A program made the position numbers and the translations under genes. A stretch of 64,000 nt of DNA from Syntrophales bacterium. GTDB lineage: Bacteria; Desulfobacterota; Syntrophia; Syntrophales; PHBD01. Positions 18,375 through 28,712 of the stretch are shown in pieces. The stretch's first letter is position 1. Every line of letters begins with the position of its first letter. The stretch spans positions 768,001 to 832,000 of the forward strand of contig OY764159.1 in assembly GCA_963668175.1 (NCBI GenBank), given 5' to 3'. A model generated the notes under the pieces. That model saw only the letters and a program-made list of their open reading frames with translations. It did not search any database and was not told where the DNA came from.

Positions 18375-19088
18375 TTAAAGCCATAAAGAGCCGGCCACGA
18401 TGAGATAGTATTCCCCGGCTCCGATCATGATCCAGCCGAATATCCGGTTGATTTTCGTCATCCATAGCCCTGACCGGGGCATGGTGGCGAGGATTCCGGC
18501 GAATGTTCCCAGGATGATGAGCAGCGTGCCCATCCCGAAAGCGAAGACGAAAAGCAGCCCCATACCGAAAACGATATTCTGCTTTGTCGCGACATACCCT
18601 AGAAGGACGGCTAGCACCGGCGCCGTGCAGGGGCCTACAATCAGACCGGAAGCCGCACCGATGAGAAAACTGCTGATGATACCCTCCGTCTTTTTCTTGG
18701 GTTGCAGGCGCGAGACAATGCCCGGCGTCCGGATGCCCAGCGTGAAAACGCCCAGCATGGACAGCCCCATGATGATGCAGAGGTTGGCGATCCCGAAGTA
18801 GATCCAGGGGTTTGTCTGGAATTGGCCGAAGAGTTTCCCCGAAAGCGCAGCCACGGCACCGAGGACCGTATAGGTCAGGGCCATACCCGTGACGTAGATA
18901 AGGGTCAGGAGAAACGTCTTGATTTTCGATTTACTGCCCCGGGCGCCGATGAAGGCGATGGTGATGGGGATGACCGGGTAGACGCAGGGGGTTAAGCTCG
19001 TAAGGATCCCTGCCCCATAGACGACCAGGAAGGCCAGAAGCGATGAGCCTTGCAGGTATTGAGAAAAGTTTTGGGTGATAGCGTCCAT
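18375..19088 (-). CDS. CcdA/DsbD-beta thiol:disulfide interchange membrane protein
   Basis: SLTPCVYPVIP and GPCTAP redox cysteines; multiple transmembrane helices. Confidence 0.92.
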   Translation of the reverse strand: MDAITQNFSQYLQGSSLLAFLVVYGAGILTSLTPCVYPVIPITIAFIGARGSKSKIKTFLLTLIYVTGMALTYTVLGAVAALSGKLFGQFQTNPWIYFGIANLCIIMGLSMLGVFTLGIRTPGIVSRLQPKKKTEGIISSFLIGAASGLIVGPCTAPVLAVLLGYVATKQNIVFGMGLLFVFAFGMGTLLIILGTFAGILATMPRSGLWMTKINRIFGWIMIGAGEYYLIVAGSLWL

Positions 19089-19272
19089 ATATTCACATTG
19101 TCCGTTCGGGTCGCTTTTTGCTTAGTAGCATAAATCGTTTAAAAAGCAACGCGAAAGAAGAACTTAGGCCTCCCGTACTGTTATACGCAGGGCGTTTTCA
19201 ATCAGATTCGGGCGATGCAGTTGCGGCAAGCGATTGGACAAAGGCTTCCGGAGGAGGTTCTTTTCTTGTTTT

Positions 19273-21846
19273 TCAGCGGCCAAGCCCCATGATCCTGTAA
19301 ATGGCCTTGATGTCGAGACCGGCACGGACGACTTCGGCCAGCCGATCGAGGGCCGGCTCCAGGTCATAGGCGGCGACGATCTTTCCCAGGGGCGGCAGGG
19401 CGCGCCTCATCCGCAGCCGATCGACGAACCACCTTCTGAATGCGTCCGCATCGAAAAGCCCGTGCAAATAGGTTCCCCAGACGAGGCCGCTTTTCGATCT
19501 GATGCCCAGGACCCGTCCGTCGTCCGCGGTTACGGTGGCGGGAAGACAGGAACCGTCCGTCAGACCATGATGGATTTCGTAGCCCTGGAGGACGAGTCCC
19601 GATTCATGATGCACGGCGGAGATGCGTTTAAGGGTCTTATCGATCGCTAGAATTGTGGATACAGGCAGCAGGCCGAGTCCCCGCATGGTCTTGCCGCGGG
19701 ACTCGATGCCGTGCGGATCGGCGATCTCCCGGCCGAGGATTTGAAATCCCCCGCAGACGCCGACGATTTCCGCATGTCCCCCGGCAGCAAGAGATGAGAG
19801 TTGTGCCGCCAGGCCGCTTGCCGTCAGGTACTCCACATCGCCGATGACGTTCTTGCTTCCGGGCAGAATAACGGCATCGGGATGGCCCAATTCTTTCTGC
19901 GAGCGGACGATCCGGAGGAAGACGTCCGGCTCTGCGCGGAGGGCGTCGAAATCCGTGAAGTTCGAGATATGGGGCAGGTCGATCAAGGCGATCTCCACAC
20001 GGTCATTCCGTTCCGGGCGATGGTCGTTCTTGGCGTTTTTGAAGGTCACCGAATCCTCCTCCGGGAGGCCGAGATCCTTAAGATAGGGAACGACACCGAA
20101 CGTGGGCCTTTCCGTATGCCGTGTCGTATAATCTATGGCTTCGGCCAATAGGGACTGGTCGCCCCGGAAACGGTTGATGACGAATCCCGCCGTGAGCCGC
20201 CGTTCCCATTCCTCCAGAAGCTCCATGGTCCCGACAAACGAGGCGAAGACCCCACCCCGGTCGATATCGCCGACGATGATGACAGGCGAAGCGGCATAGC
20301 GCGCCATGTGCATATTCACCATGTCGTGGCCCTTCAGGTTGATTTCCGCAGGGCTTCCTGCCCCTTCCAGGACCATCACGTCATGCTCGGAAGCCAGGGC
20401 GTCGTAAGCCTCCTTCACCCTGGCGAAGGCTTCCTGCTTGTAACGGATGTACTGGGTGACATCCATGTTGGCAAGAGGCCTGCCCAGGACGATGACCTGG
20501 GAACCCGTATCGCTGCTTGGTTTTAAGAGGACAGGATTCATCCGTACGTCGGGTTCCAGCCGGCAGGCCTGGGCCTGAACAACCTGGGCGCGGCCCATTT
20601 CGCCCCCGTCACGGGTGACGAAGGAGTTCAGGGACATGTTTTGGGCCTTGAACGGGGCGACATCGTAGCCGTCCTGGAGCAATATCCGGCAGAAGGCGGC
20701 GGCAAGGACGCTTTTTCCCGCGTTGGAGCTCGTTCCCTGGAACATGATTGCCGGTTTCCGCCGCTTGACGGCGGCCCTGGGCGGCGTCCTGAAAGCGGTG
20801 CAAAGGGCGTCGCAAAGCCGTTCGTTTTCGTCCTCCGCCCGCACGGCGATGCGGAAATAGCGGTCGTCAAGCCCGGCGAAGTTCCCGCAGAGACGGATGG
20901 CGATGCCGTGCGGGAGAAGCTTCTTCGCGAGCAGCGGTCCGTCCAAATCCTTCCGCTCGATCCGGATGAGGAGGAAATTCGCTTCGCCCGGGTATACCTT
21001 AAGGCCGGGAATGGCTTGCAGCTCTCGTACAAGCAAAGCGCGGCAGCGCGCCACATAGTCCCTCGTGCGAGCGGCGTAATCGCTGTCACGCAAGGCTTGT
21101 TCCCCTACAAGCTGGGCCGGCTGGTTGACCGACCACGGCGGCATCACGGCCTTGATCCGCGAGACCAGGGAACGGTCCGCAAAAGCAAGCCCGAGTCGGA
21201 GGCCTGGAATGGCATAGAATTTGGTGAGGGAAAAGAGAACGATGACGTTGGGCGGGCGGTCGTTTCTGAGGCTTTTGAAATCGGCAACGAAATCTCCGAA
21301 GGCCTCGTCGACGACAAAGACCGATTCTTTTTTTTCCCGGGCCAAACGCCTTACGGCATCGGCATCGCAGGTCAGACCGGTGGGGTTATTGGGATGGCCG
21401 AGAAAAACGATGTCGTCTCTTGTCAGTTCCGCTTCCAGTTCCGCCATCTCCGGCAGAAAGCCGTTTTCTGCTTTGAGGAGGATATGCTTCACCGTGAGTC
21501 CCGCAAGGGAAGATGCGACGGTATAATCGGCATAGGCCGGGACGGGGACGACGGCCCTCTTCGATTTCAGCGCCCGGGGAAGCCAATAGAGGATGTCGGT
21601 CGATCCGTTGCCGACGATCGTCTCATCCGTGGGGATACCGTAACGGGCTTCGACGGCATCATAGAGCCCTGTGTAGTTTGGATCGGGATAGTGGACCAGG
21701 GACCCGAGCGAGGCGCTGATCAGGGGCCGTAACCAGCCGGGCGGGCCCAGGGGATTGATGTTGGCGGAAAAGTCGATGATGTCGGAGGCGGGAAGCCCCG
21801 CCGCCTTGGCAATCTCCCGGATGTTGCCGCCGTGAATGTTGTTCAT
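19273..21846 (-). CDS. cobQ: Fused L-threonine-O-3-phosphate decarboxylase (CobD) / cobyric acid synthase (CobQ)
   Basis: N-half: [35 protein letters not shown]-half: [46 protein letters not shown] and GTYLHG. Confidence 0.95.
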   Translation of the reverse strand: MNNIHGGNIREIAKAAGLPASDIIDFSANINPLGPPGWLRPLISASLGSLVHYPDPNYTGLYDAVEARYGIPTDETIVGNGSTDILYWLPRALKSKRAVVPVPAYADYTVASSLAGLTVKHILLKAENGFLPEMAELEAELTRDDIVFLGHPNNPTGLTCDADAVRRLAREKKESVFVVDEAFGDFVADFKSLRNDRPPNVIVLFSLTKFYAIPGLRLGLAFADRSLVSRIKAVMPPWSVNQPAQLVGEQALRDSDYAARTRDYVARCRALLVRELQAIPGLKVYPGEANFLLIRIERKDLDGPLLAKKLLPHGIAIRLCGNFAGLDDRYFRIAVRAEDENERLCDALCTAFRTPPRAAVKRRKPAIMFQGTSSNAGKSVLAAAFCRILLQDGYDVAPFKAQNMSLNSFVTRDGGEMGRAQVVQAQACRLEPDVRMNPVLLKPSSDTGSQVIVLGRPLANMDVTQYIRYKQEAFARVKEAYDALASEHDVMVLEGAGSPAEINLKGHDMVNMHMARYAASPVIIVGDIDRGGVFASFVGTMELLEEWERRLTAGFVINRFRGDQSLLAEAIDYTTRHTERPTFGVVPYLKDLGLPEEDSVTFKNAKNDHRPERNDRVEIALIDLPHISNFTDFDALRAEPDVFLRIVRSQKELGHPDAVILPGSKNVIGDVEYLTASGLAAQLSSLAAGGHAEIVGVCGGFQILGREIADPHGIESRGKTMRGLGLLPVSTILAIDKTLKRISAVHHESGLVLQGYEIHHGLTDGSCLPATVTADDGRVLGIRSKSGLVWGTYLHGLFDADAFRRWFVDRLRMRRALPPLGKIVAAYDLEPALDRLAEVVRAGLDIKAIYRIMGLGR

Positions 21847-22164
21847 GGCTGTCTCGTCCCGTTCGGATTATGGCTCATGCAAAGCAATTCGCTGCCGCTG
21901 CATTGATGGATGTCCGTGGCCTGGTCGCTGACGGCGAGCCCTGCCGCTATAGGCGTATTGCGAATAACGTCTTGCGGTTCATGACGTCGGGAGCCGGCCA
22001 TTCATAGCGATGAAAAAACGCGTGTCAATGTCACAATGCGGTTTATACCGTCTCTGTTCCGGATGGGTTCCTGAGGGGGATGGTCGACCGATAGGCGGTC
22101 AATCGGGAATTGAATGTAAAAAATGAAAATGCGGTCCCGTAGAAGGCCCTCCCTCGAGGAATGC

Positions 22165-22310
22165 GGACGGACTGGTCTTCCGGCTTCGGGCACCCTACTT
22201 GCCCGCCTTCCCGCCGCACCTCGGGTGCCGCAGTGGCTCAATCGGGCTTTCGTTCCCTTCACGGCTGCGGGGCAGCGGGGGCTTTCAACCCCTCTTCCTC
22301 ACATCCATCC
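22165..22310 (-). ncRNA. Cobalamin (AdoCbl) riboswitch
   Basis: Minus strand: GGATGGAT…AGGAAGAGGGGTTGAAAGCCCCCGCTGCCCCGCAGCCGTGA…GCCACTG…GGGAAGG…AAGCCGGAAGACCA-GTCCGTCC. It contains the B12-box elements, has pairing ends and lies upstream of cobD-cobQ. Confidence 0.88.
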
Positions 22311-22365
22311 TTATTCTTTTCCTATATCCAAGGCCATAGGAGATGTCAATGGATAATCTTCCAAG

Positions 22366-23793
22366 TTAGAATGCCAGAAGCCCGGTCATCATTCTCGCCG
22401 ATTCGGTCCTGGCGGCGGCATCGACGACGGCCCGGGTGACATTCTTCCGGACTGCCGGGTTGAAGATGCTCGGGATGATATACTCCTCCATGAGTTCTTC
22501 GGGTGCGACGCTGTCGGCAATCGCCCCGGCGGCGGCCAGGAGCATGTCCTTGTTGATATCGTGGGCGTGGCAGTCGAGAACGCCCCGAAAGAGGCCGGGA
22601 AAGCAGAGGACGTTGTTGATCTGGTTGTGGTAGTCCGATCTGCCCGTGGCCATTACCCGGACGTAGCGCTGGGCCTCCTCCGGCATGACTTCCGGTACGG
22701 GATTCGCCATGGCGAAGACGATAGGGCCTTTCGCCATGGTTTTGATCTGTTTTGCGTGGAGCACGTTACCCTGCGAGACGCCGAGAAAGACGTCGGCCCC
22801 TTGAATGGCCTTCGCCAGGGTTCCCTTGATTCCTTCCCGGTTGGTCAGGTCGGCGATCTCCTCCTTCCAGGGATTCATGTTTTCCTGCCGTCCCTTGTAG
22901 ACGATGCCGGTCCGATCGCAGCCGACGATCTGCGTGGCACCTGCCGCGATGAGCAGCTTAATGGACGCGATACCGGCCGCCCCGAGGCCGTTCACGACGA
23001 TCTTCACCTCCCGGATGTCCTTACCTGTCACTTTCAGTGCGTTAATGAGTCCGGCGAGAATGACGACGGCCGTGCCGTGCTGGTCGTCGTGGAAAACGGG
23101 GATGTCGAGTTCGTCCTTGAGGCGTCTTTCGATTTCAAAACATCGCGGTGCCGAAATATCTTCCAGATTGATTCCTCCGAATCCCGGTGATACCCATTTG
23201 ACGGCGCTGATGATCTCCTCGGGATCTTTCGTGTTGAGGCAAAGCGGGAAGGCATCGACGCCGCCGAAGGCCTTGAAAAGCATGGCTTTTCCTTCCATGA
23301 CGGGCAGGGCTGCCCGGGGGCCGATATCGCCGAGGCCGAGGACCGCCGTTCCGTCGGTCACGACGGCGACGGTGTTCTTCTTGATGGTAAGTTCGTACAC
23401 CCGGTCGGGATGCTCATGGATGGCGGATGAAACCCTGGCCACGCCGGGTGTATAAGCCATGGACAGGTCGTCTTTGTTTTTCAGAGGAAACTTGCCGTTG
23501 ATCTCGATCTTGCCGCCCAGATGGGCCGTGAAAGTCCGGTCCGTAACACTGATGATTTTCGCGTCTTTGACTTCCCTGACCGCATCGAGGATGCGCTGCA
23601 GCATGTCGCTGTCGGTCCCGTTGACCACGATCTCGCGGACGATGGAGTCGTCCTTGAATCCGGAAATATCGACTGAACCGATGTTGCCTCCCGCCTTGCC
23701 GATGGCGGAAACGACCCTGGCGAGTCTTCCCGGTTTGTTCAAGATCTCCATGCGGATCGTGATGCTGTAACTGGGGGTTGTCGTCTTGATCAT
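22366..23793 (-). CDS. NAD(P)-dependent malic enzyme with N-terminal ACT domain
   Basis: ACT-like NKPGRLARVVSAIG; YTPGVA, TDGTAVLGLGDIG, MEGK, INLEDISAPRCF, FHDDQHGTA and NQINN motifs; GGAGGAGG RBS before ATG 23793. Confidence 0.95.
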   Translation of the reverse strand: MIKTTTPSYSITIRMEILNKPGRLARVVSAIGKAGGNIGSVDISGFKDDSIVREIVVNGTDSDMLQRILDAVREVKDAKIISVTDRTFTAHLGGKIEINGKFPLKNKDDLSMAYTPGVARVSSAIHEHPDRVYELTIKKNTVAVVTDGTAVLGLGDIGPRAALPVMEGKAMLFKAFGGVDAFPLCLNTKDPEEIISAVKWVSPGFGGINLEDISAPRCFEIERRLKDELDIPVFHDDQHGTAVVILAGLINALKVTGKDIREVKIVVNGLGAAGIASIKLLIAAGATQIVGCDRTGIVYKGRQENMNPWKEEIADLTNREGIKGTLAKAIQGADVFLGVSQGNVLHAKQIKTMAKGPIVFAMANPVPEVMPEEAQRYVRVMATGRSDYHNQINNVLCFPGLFRGVLDCHAHDINKDMLLAAAGAIADSVAPEELMEEYIIPSIFNPAVRKNVTRAVVDAAARTESARMMTGLLAF

Positions 23794-24006
23794 GGTCCCT
23801 CCTCCCGGGTGGTCGTCCTGTTGCCGGACGTCAAAGGGTTGCATTGAAGGATGCGACGTATCGATGATCGGATAGAGAATAGCAGAGGGCCGTGGGTATT
23901 GCAACGGAAAGAGCGGCGGCGTGAGGCAATGATCTGTTGACGCCCCGTATTTATCTATGATAACAAACCAAATATCGTAAACACATGTACGAACCGGGGG
24001 GACAGG

Positions 24007-24780
24007 ATGATCGCATATCGAACCATAAGGGGCGTGAAGATCGCGTGCTGGCTGAGCAGCGAACCGTGGGATGCCGCGAGGAAACACATTGTCTTCATTC
24101 ACGGTTCCGGCGGCGACCATACGGTCTGGAACCGCCAGTTTGCCGCCCTGAAGGACCGGTGGAACGTCACGGCGGTGGAACTGCCGGGCCATGGCCGTTC
24201 GGAAGGCCCAGGCGAACAGGACATGCCGGCCTACGTGGAGTGGGTCCGCGAGATAATGGAGGCCTTTGCCGTCACCAAGCCTGTTCTGGCCGGCCATTCG
24301 CTGGGGGCGGCCATCGCGCTTTCTTTTGCCCTGAAATATCCGGGGCTCATTTCGGGCATTATTCCTTTAGGGGGCGGCGCCAAAATGCCCGTCAACCAGG
24401 CTATCCTGGATGGCCTCAAGACGAATCCCGCCTCCGTCGTGGACATGATCGTCAAGTTTTCCCTCATCAAGGATAACAGGGAAAAGATCGGCGGACCGCT
24501 CCGGGAAAGTCTCCTGAAAGGCGATACGGCCATCCTTTACAAGGACCTTGTCGCCTGCAACGGTCTGGACCTTGCGAAAGAACTTGGCCGCATTGCCGTT
24601 CCTGCCCTTGTCGTTTGCGGCAGCGACGACAAGATGACGCCGCCGGATTTTTCCCGCTTCCTCGCCGACCATATTCCGGGAGCGCGCCTGGCTTTAATCG
24701 AGAAGGCCGGGCATTTCGCCATGCTTGAAAATCCTGAGGCCTTCAACCAAGTAGTAGAAGAGTTCTCATCGCGTATTTAA
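24007..24780 (+). CDS. Alpha/beta hydrolase
   Basis: FIHGSGG, ELPGHG, GHSLGA nucleophile elbow, DDKMTP and AGH motifs. Confidence 0.93.
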   Translation: MIAYRTIRGVKIACWLSSEPWDAARKHIVFIHGSGGDHTVWNRQFAALKDRWNVTAVELPGHGRSEGPGEQDMPAYVEWVREIMEAFAVTKPVLAGHSLGAAIALSFALKYPGLISGIIPLGGGAKMPVNQAILDGLKTNPASVVDMIVKFSLIKDNREKIGGPLRESLLKGDTAILYKDLVACNGLDLAKELGRIAVPALVVCGSDDKMTPPDFSRFLADHIPGARLALIEKAGHFAMLENPEAFNQVVEEFSSRI

Positions 24781-24856
24781 ATGCAGCGGCCGGCGGCTTA
24801 AGGATAACAGACCGCCGGAGGCATCGGACCTATAAAAGCCTTAGACGGGAGTCGTC

Positions 24857-25153
24857 ATGTTTGTCATGGGAAATCTGATCGAAGCAGTAGCCAAGATCAT
24901 CGATATCGGACTGAATCTCTATTTATGGATCATCGTCATCCGGGCGGTGATATCCTGGGTGAATCCCGATCCGTACAATGCCATCGTCGTCTTTCTGTAC
25001 CGGGTGACGGAACCGGTCCTGAGACCTATCCGCAGACGGCTGCCCACGGGCATGGGGATCGATTTTTCGCCGGTGGTCGTCATCCTGGTCATCGTTTTTC
25101 TCCAGGTTTTTCTGGTGAAGACCTTGCTTCAGCTGGCATACCAGTTCCGGTAG
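24857..25153 (+). CDS. YggT-family membrane protein
   Basis: SWVNPDPYN, TEPVLRPIRR and IDFSP motifs. Confidence 0.93.
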   Translation: MFVMGNLIEAVAKIIDIGLNLYLWIIVIRAVISWVNPDPYNAIVVFLYRVTEPVLRPIRRRLPTGMGIDFSPVVVILVIVFLQVFLVKTLLQLAYQFR

Positions 25154-25159
25154 ACCGAC

Positions 25160-25453
25160 ATGCTTATAACCCGGGAAACCTCAGAAGGCGTCGTTTTTCT
25201 CGTCAAGGTGCTGCCCCGGTCGTCGCGCTGCGAATTCACCGGAGTTCAGGAAGGCGCCCTGAAACTCAAAATTACGTCGCCGCCCGTCGAAGGCAGGGCC
25301 AATGAGGAATGCCTGGCCTTTCTCTGCTCCGCCCTGGGCGTGAAAAGGAACCAGGGAACGATTATCAAGGGTCACAAAGCCAGGACCAAGACCGTTCTCG
25401 TTAAAGGTTTGGCGTCAAAGGATGTCGAAGCCCTGATCCGTTCCGGGACGTGA
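25160..25453 (+). CDS. DUF167/YggU-family protein
   Basis: VLPRSSR, PPVEGRAN and GHKARTK motifs; follows yggT. Confidence 0.9.
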   Translation: MLITRETSEGVVFLVKVLPRSSRCEFTGVQEGALKLKITSPPVEGRANEECLAFLCSALGVKRNQGTIIKGHKARTKTVLVKGLASKDVEALIRSGT

Positions 25454-25717
25454 ACCCGGGAGGGACTTATCTTGCCAGCCTGCGTGTCAATCATAAACCG
25501 CCGTCACCGTCATATGGGATAAGGCCGGAGGATGTATGATGTCCGTCCCCGGGGTGTCGTTCGGGGAGAATGCCGGAAGCGTCGACGGCCGTCGAAAAGC
25601 GACTCGTATGCCTTTAATCAAGTGATTACGGATAGATCGGATAAAAAAATTGACTTCGTACGACTAAAGTGCTAGGGAAATTTTCCTTCCGGGGAATCCG
25701 GACAAAAGAGGTGATTC

Positions 25718-27004
25718 ATGCTGGACATTAAATTCCTGAGACAGAACATCGAGCTTGTTCGGACGAAGCTCAAGGAACGCGGCCAGGAGATCGACCTTGA
25801 CCAGTTTGTCGCCTTGGATGCCAAACGACGGGATATCCTTCAGGATGTCGAGGGGCTGCGCAATGAGCGCAACACGGTGTCCAAGGAAGTCGGGGAGCGG
25901 AAAAAGAAGAAGCTCGATGCCGCGGATCTGATCGCGCGTATGGCGGAAGTCTCAACCCGGATCAAAGAACTCGACGAAACGTTGAAAGAGACGGACGACG
26001 CCCTGCAGGGCATCGTCATGACGATTCCGAACATGCCTCACGAATCGGTGGTGTTCGGCAGGGGCTCGGAAGACAATCCCGTCATCCGCTACTGGGGCGA
26101 GAAACCGAAATTCGCGTTTGCGCCGAAACCGCATTGGGAGATCGGCGAAGACCTCAATATCCTCGATTTCGCCCGGGGGGCCAAGATCACCGGCGCCCGG
26201 TTCACCCTCTACCGGGGAGCAGGGGCGGCCATGGAGAGGGCCATCATCAATTTCATGCTCGATCTCCACACCTCCGTTCACGGATACACGGAGATTCTCC
26301 CGCCCTTTATGGCGAACAGCGCCAGTATGACGGGCACGGGGCAGCTTCCCAAATTCGCGGAAGACCTCTTTAAAGTCGACAAGACGGATTATTATCTGAT
26401 CCCGACAGCAGAAGTGCCGGTGACCAATATCCACCGGGACGAGATTCTGAACGAGCAGGACCTGCCCGTCTATTACGTCGCCTATTCGCCCTGTTTCCGC
26501 TCCGAGGCGGGTTCTTACGGGAAGGACACCCGGGGCCTGATCCGGCAGCACCAGTTCAACAAGGTGGAAATGGTTAAATTTGCAACGCCCGAGACATCCT
26601 ATGACGAACTTGAGAAGTTGACGCTTAACGCCGAAGAGGTCCTCAAGCGGCTGAATATTCCTTTCCGTACGGTCAGCCTCTGTTCCGCGGACCTGGGATT
26701 TTCGTCTGCCAAGACCTACGATGTGGAAGCGTGGCTGCCCGGGCAGGATACCTATCGGGAGATATCGTCGTGCAGCAACTTTGAGGATTTCCAGTCGCGC
26801 CGTGCCGCGATCCGGTTCCGGAGAGCCGAAAGCGGCCGGGTGGAATTCGCCCACACGCTGAACGGTTCCGGTCTGGCCGTGGGCAGGACACTGGTTGCCG
26901 TTCTGGAAAACTACCAGCAGACGGACGGGAGCGTTGTGGTTCCGGAGGCTCTGCGGCCGTACATGCGGGGATTGGAAAGAATAACGTCTTCAAAGCGGGA
27001 CTGA
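25718..27004 (+). CDS. serS: Serine--tRNA ligase
   Basis: [52 protein letters not shown] and HTLNGSGLA motifs. Confidence 0.98.
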   Translation: MLDIKFLRQNIELVRTKLKERGQEIDLDQFVALDAKRRDILQDVEGLRNERNTVSKEVGERKKKKLDAADLIARMAEVSTRIKELDETLKETDDALQGIVMTIPNMPHESVVFGRGSEDNPVIRYWGEKPKFAFAPKPHWEIGEDLNILDFARGAKITGARFTLYRGAGAAMERAIINFMLDLHTSVHGYTEILPPFMANSASMTGTGQLPKFAEDLFKVDKTDYYLIPTAEVPVTNIHRDEILNEQDLPVYYVAYSPCFRSEAGSYGKDTRGLIRQHQFNKVEMVKFATPETSYDELEKLTLNAEEVLKRLNIPFRTVSLCSADLGFSSAKTYDVEAWLPGQDTYREISSCSNFEDFQSRRAAIRFRRAESGRVEFAHTLNGSGLAVGRTLVAVLENYQQTDGSVVVPEALRPYMRGLERITSSKRD

Positions 27005-27013
27005 CAGATTCAT

Positions 27014-27099
27014 GGAGGGATGGCCGAGTGGTCGAAGGCGGCGGTCTTGAAAACCGTTAACCGAAAGGTTCGCGGGTTCGAATCCTGCTCCCTCCGCCA
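27014..27099 (+). tRNA. tRNA-Ser (anticodon TGA)
   Basis: GGAGGGA acceptor stem, GCGGT-CTTGAAA-ACCGT anticodon arm, long variable arm, GGTTCGAATCC, encoded CCA. Confidence 0.95.
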
Positions 27100-27178
27100 G
27101 GAAATGAGGGGGACAGGCTTTCGGTATAAGGCCGGCGTTCTTTCTGCAACCTGTCCCTTAACGGTATTATAGATGAAC

Positions 27179-27272
27179 GGAGAGATGGCTGAGTGGCCGA
27201 AAGCGATCGCCTGCTAAGCGATTGTACGCCCCATAAGGTGTACCGCGGGTTCGAATCCCGCTCTCTCCGCCA
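27179..27272 (+). tRNA. tRNA-Ser (anticodon GCT)
   Basis: GGAGAGA acceptor stem, ATCGC-CTGCTAA-GCGAT anticodon arm, long variable arm, GGTTCGAATCC, encoded CCA. Confidence 0.95.
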
Positions 27273-27335
27273 GTCTTTTCCTCCCCTCTTCCTTTCGTAT
27301 TTTCCCCGTCGGGTGATTTTGCCGCAGACACGCAA

Positions 27336-27809
27336 TCACTTCTCCGGCTTGCCGCAGGCCAGTTTTTCCACACTGCCCCAGAGATTTCCCGGCGGAATGT
27401 AAAACCAGGAAGGCCTGGATTCGTCGGCCGTGTGAATGGTCCCTTCGGACTTGTTCAGGTAGACGAACTTGAGAAAACGGATGCTGTCCGTGCTGCAGTT
27501 GAATTCGCACAGGATTTCGATATACTTGAACCCCCGCCCGCCCTTGCTGACGCTTTCCAGGTAATCGTTGACAATCGTGAGATACCTGCTTTTCGCCGAC
27601 GGAGCGATACGGACCCATATGGTTGTCGTTGTCTCCGAAGGATGGGAAATGCGGCCCGTGTCGGCAAAGAGGCCGTCGCGGTATTTGGTGAATCCCGTCA
27701 GGCGCCATGGCCCGGATGCCCCTTCGACAAGGGTCGGTCCCATTAGCACTAGCAGGAGGACCGGAACCGACGTTGCTATCAACCACGATCTGACTGACGT
27801 CTTCCCCAT
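27336..27809 (-). CDS. Exported hypothetical protein (surface-adhesin-E-like)
   Basis: Signal peptide; W…D…IWV…EFNC…W..IPPG pattern with terminal Cys; GGAAAGGA RBS. Confidence 0.6.
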   Translation of the reverse strand: MGKTSVRSWLIATSVPVLLLVLMGPTLVEGASGPWRLTGFTKYRDGLFADTGRISHPSETTTTIWVRIAPSAKSRYLTIVNDYLESVSKGGRGFKYIEILCEFNCSTDSIRFLKFVYLNKSEGTIHTADESRPSWFYIPPGNLWGSVEKLACGKPEK

Positions 27810-27866
27810 GATTGAAAATCCTTTCCGATGAATTCGATGCCGATCGTCTTCGGGAAGTCCGGGGAG

Positions 27867-28370
27867 TCAGGCCGGGGCGGACTGTTGCCTGAGGGCTGCC
27901 AGTTCTTCCTTGGTACGGACCAGTTCCTGGCTTGTCTCTCGCAGACGATGGGCCAGGACTTCGGCCAGAATGAGGTAAAAGACGGCGCTGAAGGCCACCT
28001 TGTCGTCGGGATTCATGGTGGCGATGAAAGAGATGTCCGTCACCAGGCAGGTCGTTTCCGTGATGGCCCGGATGGAAGCCGAGCGCGCCGTCCCGTCGAT
28101 GATGCACATCTCGCCGAAAATTTCGCCGACGCGCTGCAGTTCCTGGAGCCTTTCGCCCTGCTTCTCCACGGCGACGCTTCCCGAAATGAGGAAATAAACG
28201 CGGTCGTCGAAGCTGCCTTCCTGCATGATGATCCTGCCCGGTTCGTAATTCTCGACGTGGCTGTATTTGAGGATCTTGAAGATGTCCTTCTTCTCGAAGA
28301 ATTTGAAAACGGGCAGCTCCTTGAGCTTCCGCAACAATTCCTGATTCATGATCTCTAAGGCGGATTCCAT
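27867..28370 (-). CDS. Cyclic-nucleotide-binding domain protein
   Basis: IMQEG, YFLISGSV and GEIFGEMCIIDGTARSASIRA phosphate-binding cassette; no HTH. Confidence 0.9.
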   Translation of the reverse strand: MESALEIMNQELLRKLKELPVFKFFEKKDIFKILKYSHVENYEPGRIIMQEGSFDDRVYFLISGSVAVEKQGERLQELQRVGEIFGEMCIIDGTARSASIRAITETTCLVTDISFIATMNPDDKVAFSAVFYLILAEVLAHRLRETSQELVRTKEELAALRQQSAPA

Positions 28371-28712
28371 TGCTATCCTCGTGAATGGTTCGGTTAGGCT
28401 GGCGGGGCCAAGACCCGCCGATCATGTTCCCCGTCCGGATCGACAGGACAGTGCCGGCAGCGCCGAAAGCTGCAATAGGCGGCTTGGCCGCCGACTTTTG
28501 TTCCGGTATTTTACCATAACCGATGGATGTCCGCTATCGCAAACAGCGTGGTAGGTGCAATGCCGTGAGTGCATGCCTTCGGAAAATGGATTGTTCGCAG
28601 AGGTCGATTATGATAGAGCTTACGGCAGTTATTCGCGAGGCCGGCCGGGAAATGCCTGTATAGATAGATGCGATAGCACGGCCGTGGATCCTGTCACATC
28701 CTTCTGGACCGT

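Noticed and set aside
23794..24297. N-terminal extension of the 643-aa malic enzyme ORF
   Set aside because: It overlaps the opposite-strand hydrolase gene; the strong RBS supports the start at 23793.
27014..27099. tRNA with a TGA triplet as a possible tRNA-Sec or suppressor
   Set aside because: Anticodon TGA reads UCA (Ser). tRNA-Sec needs anticodon TCA and an extended acceptor stem; this one has a standard 7-bp stem.
27214..28425. 403-aa minus-strand ORF and other long shadow ORFs (e.g. 36666..38036, 3999..5015, 20641..21732)
   Set aside because: These are alternative-frame or antisense shadows of well-supported genes in GC-rich DNA, with no recognisable motifs.
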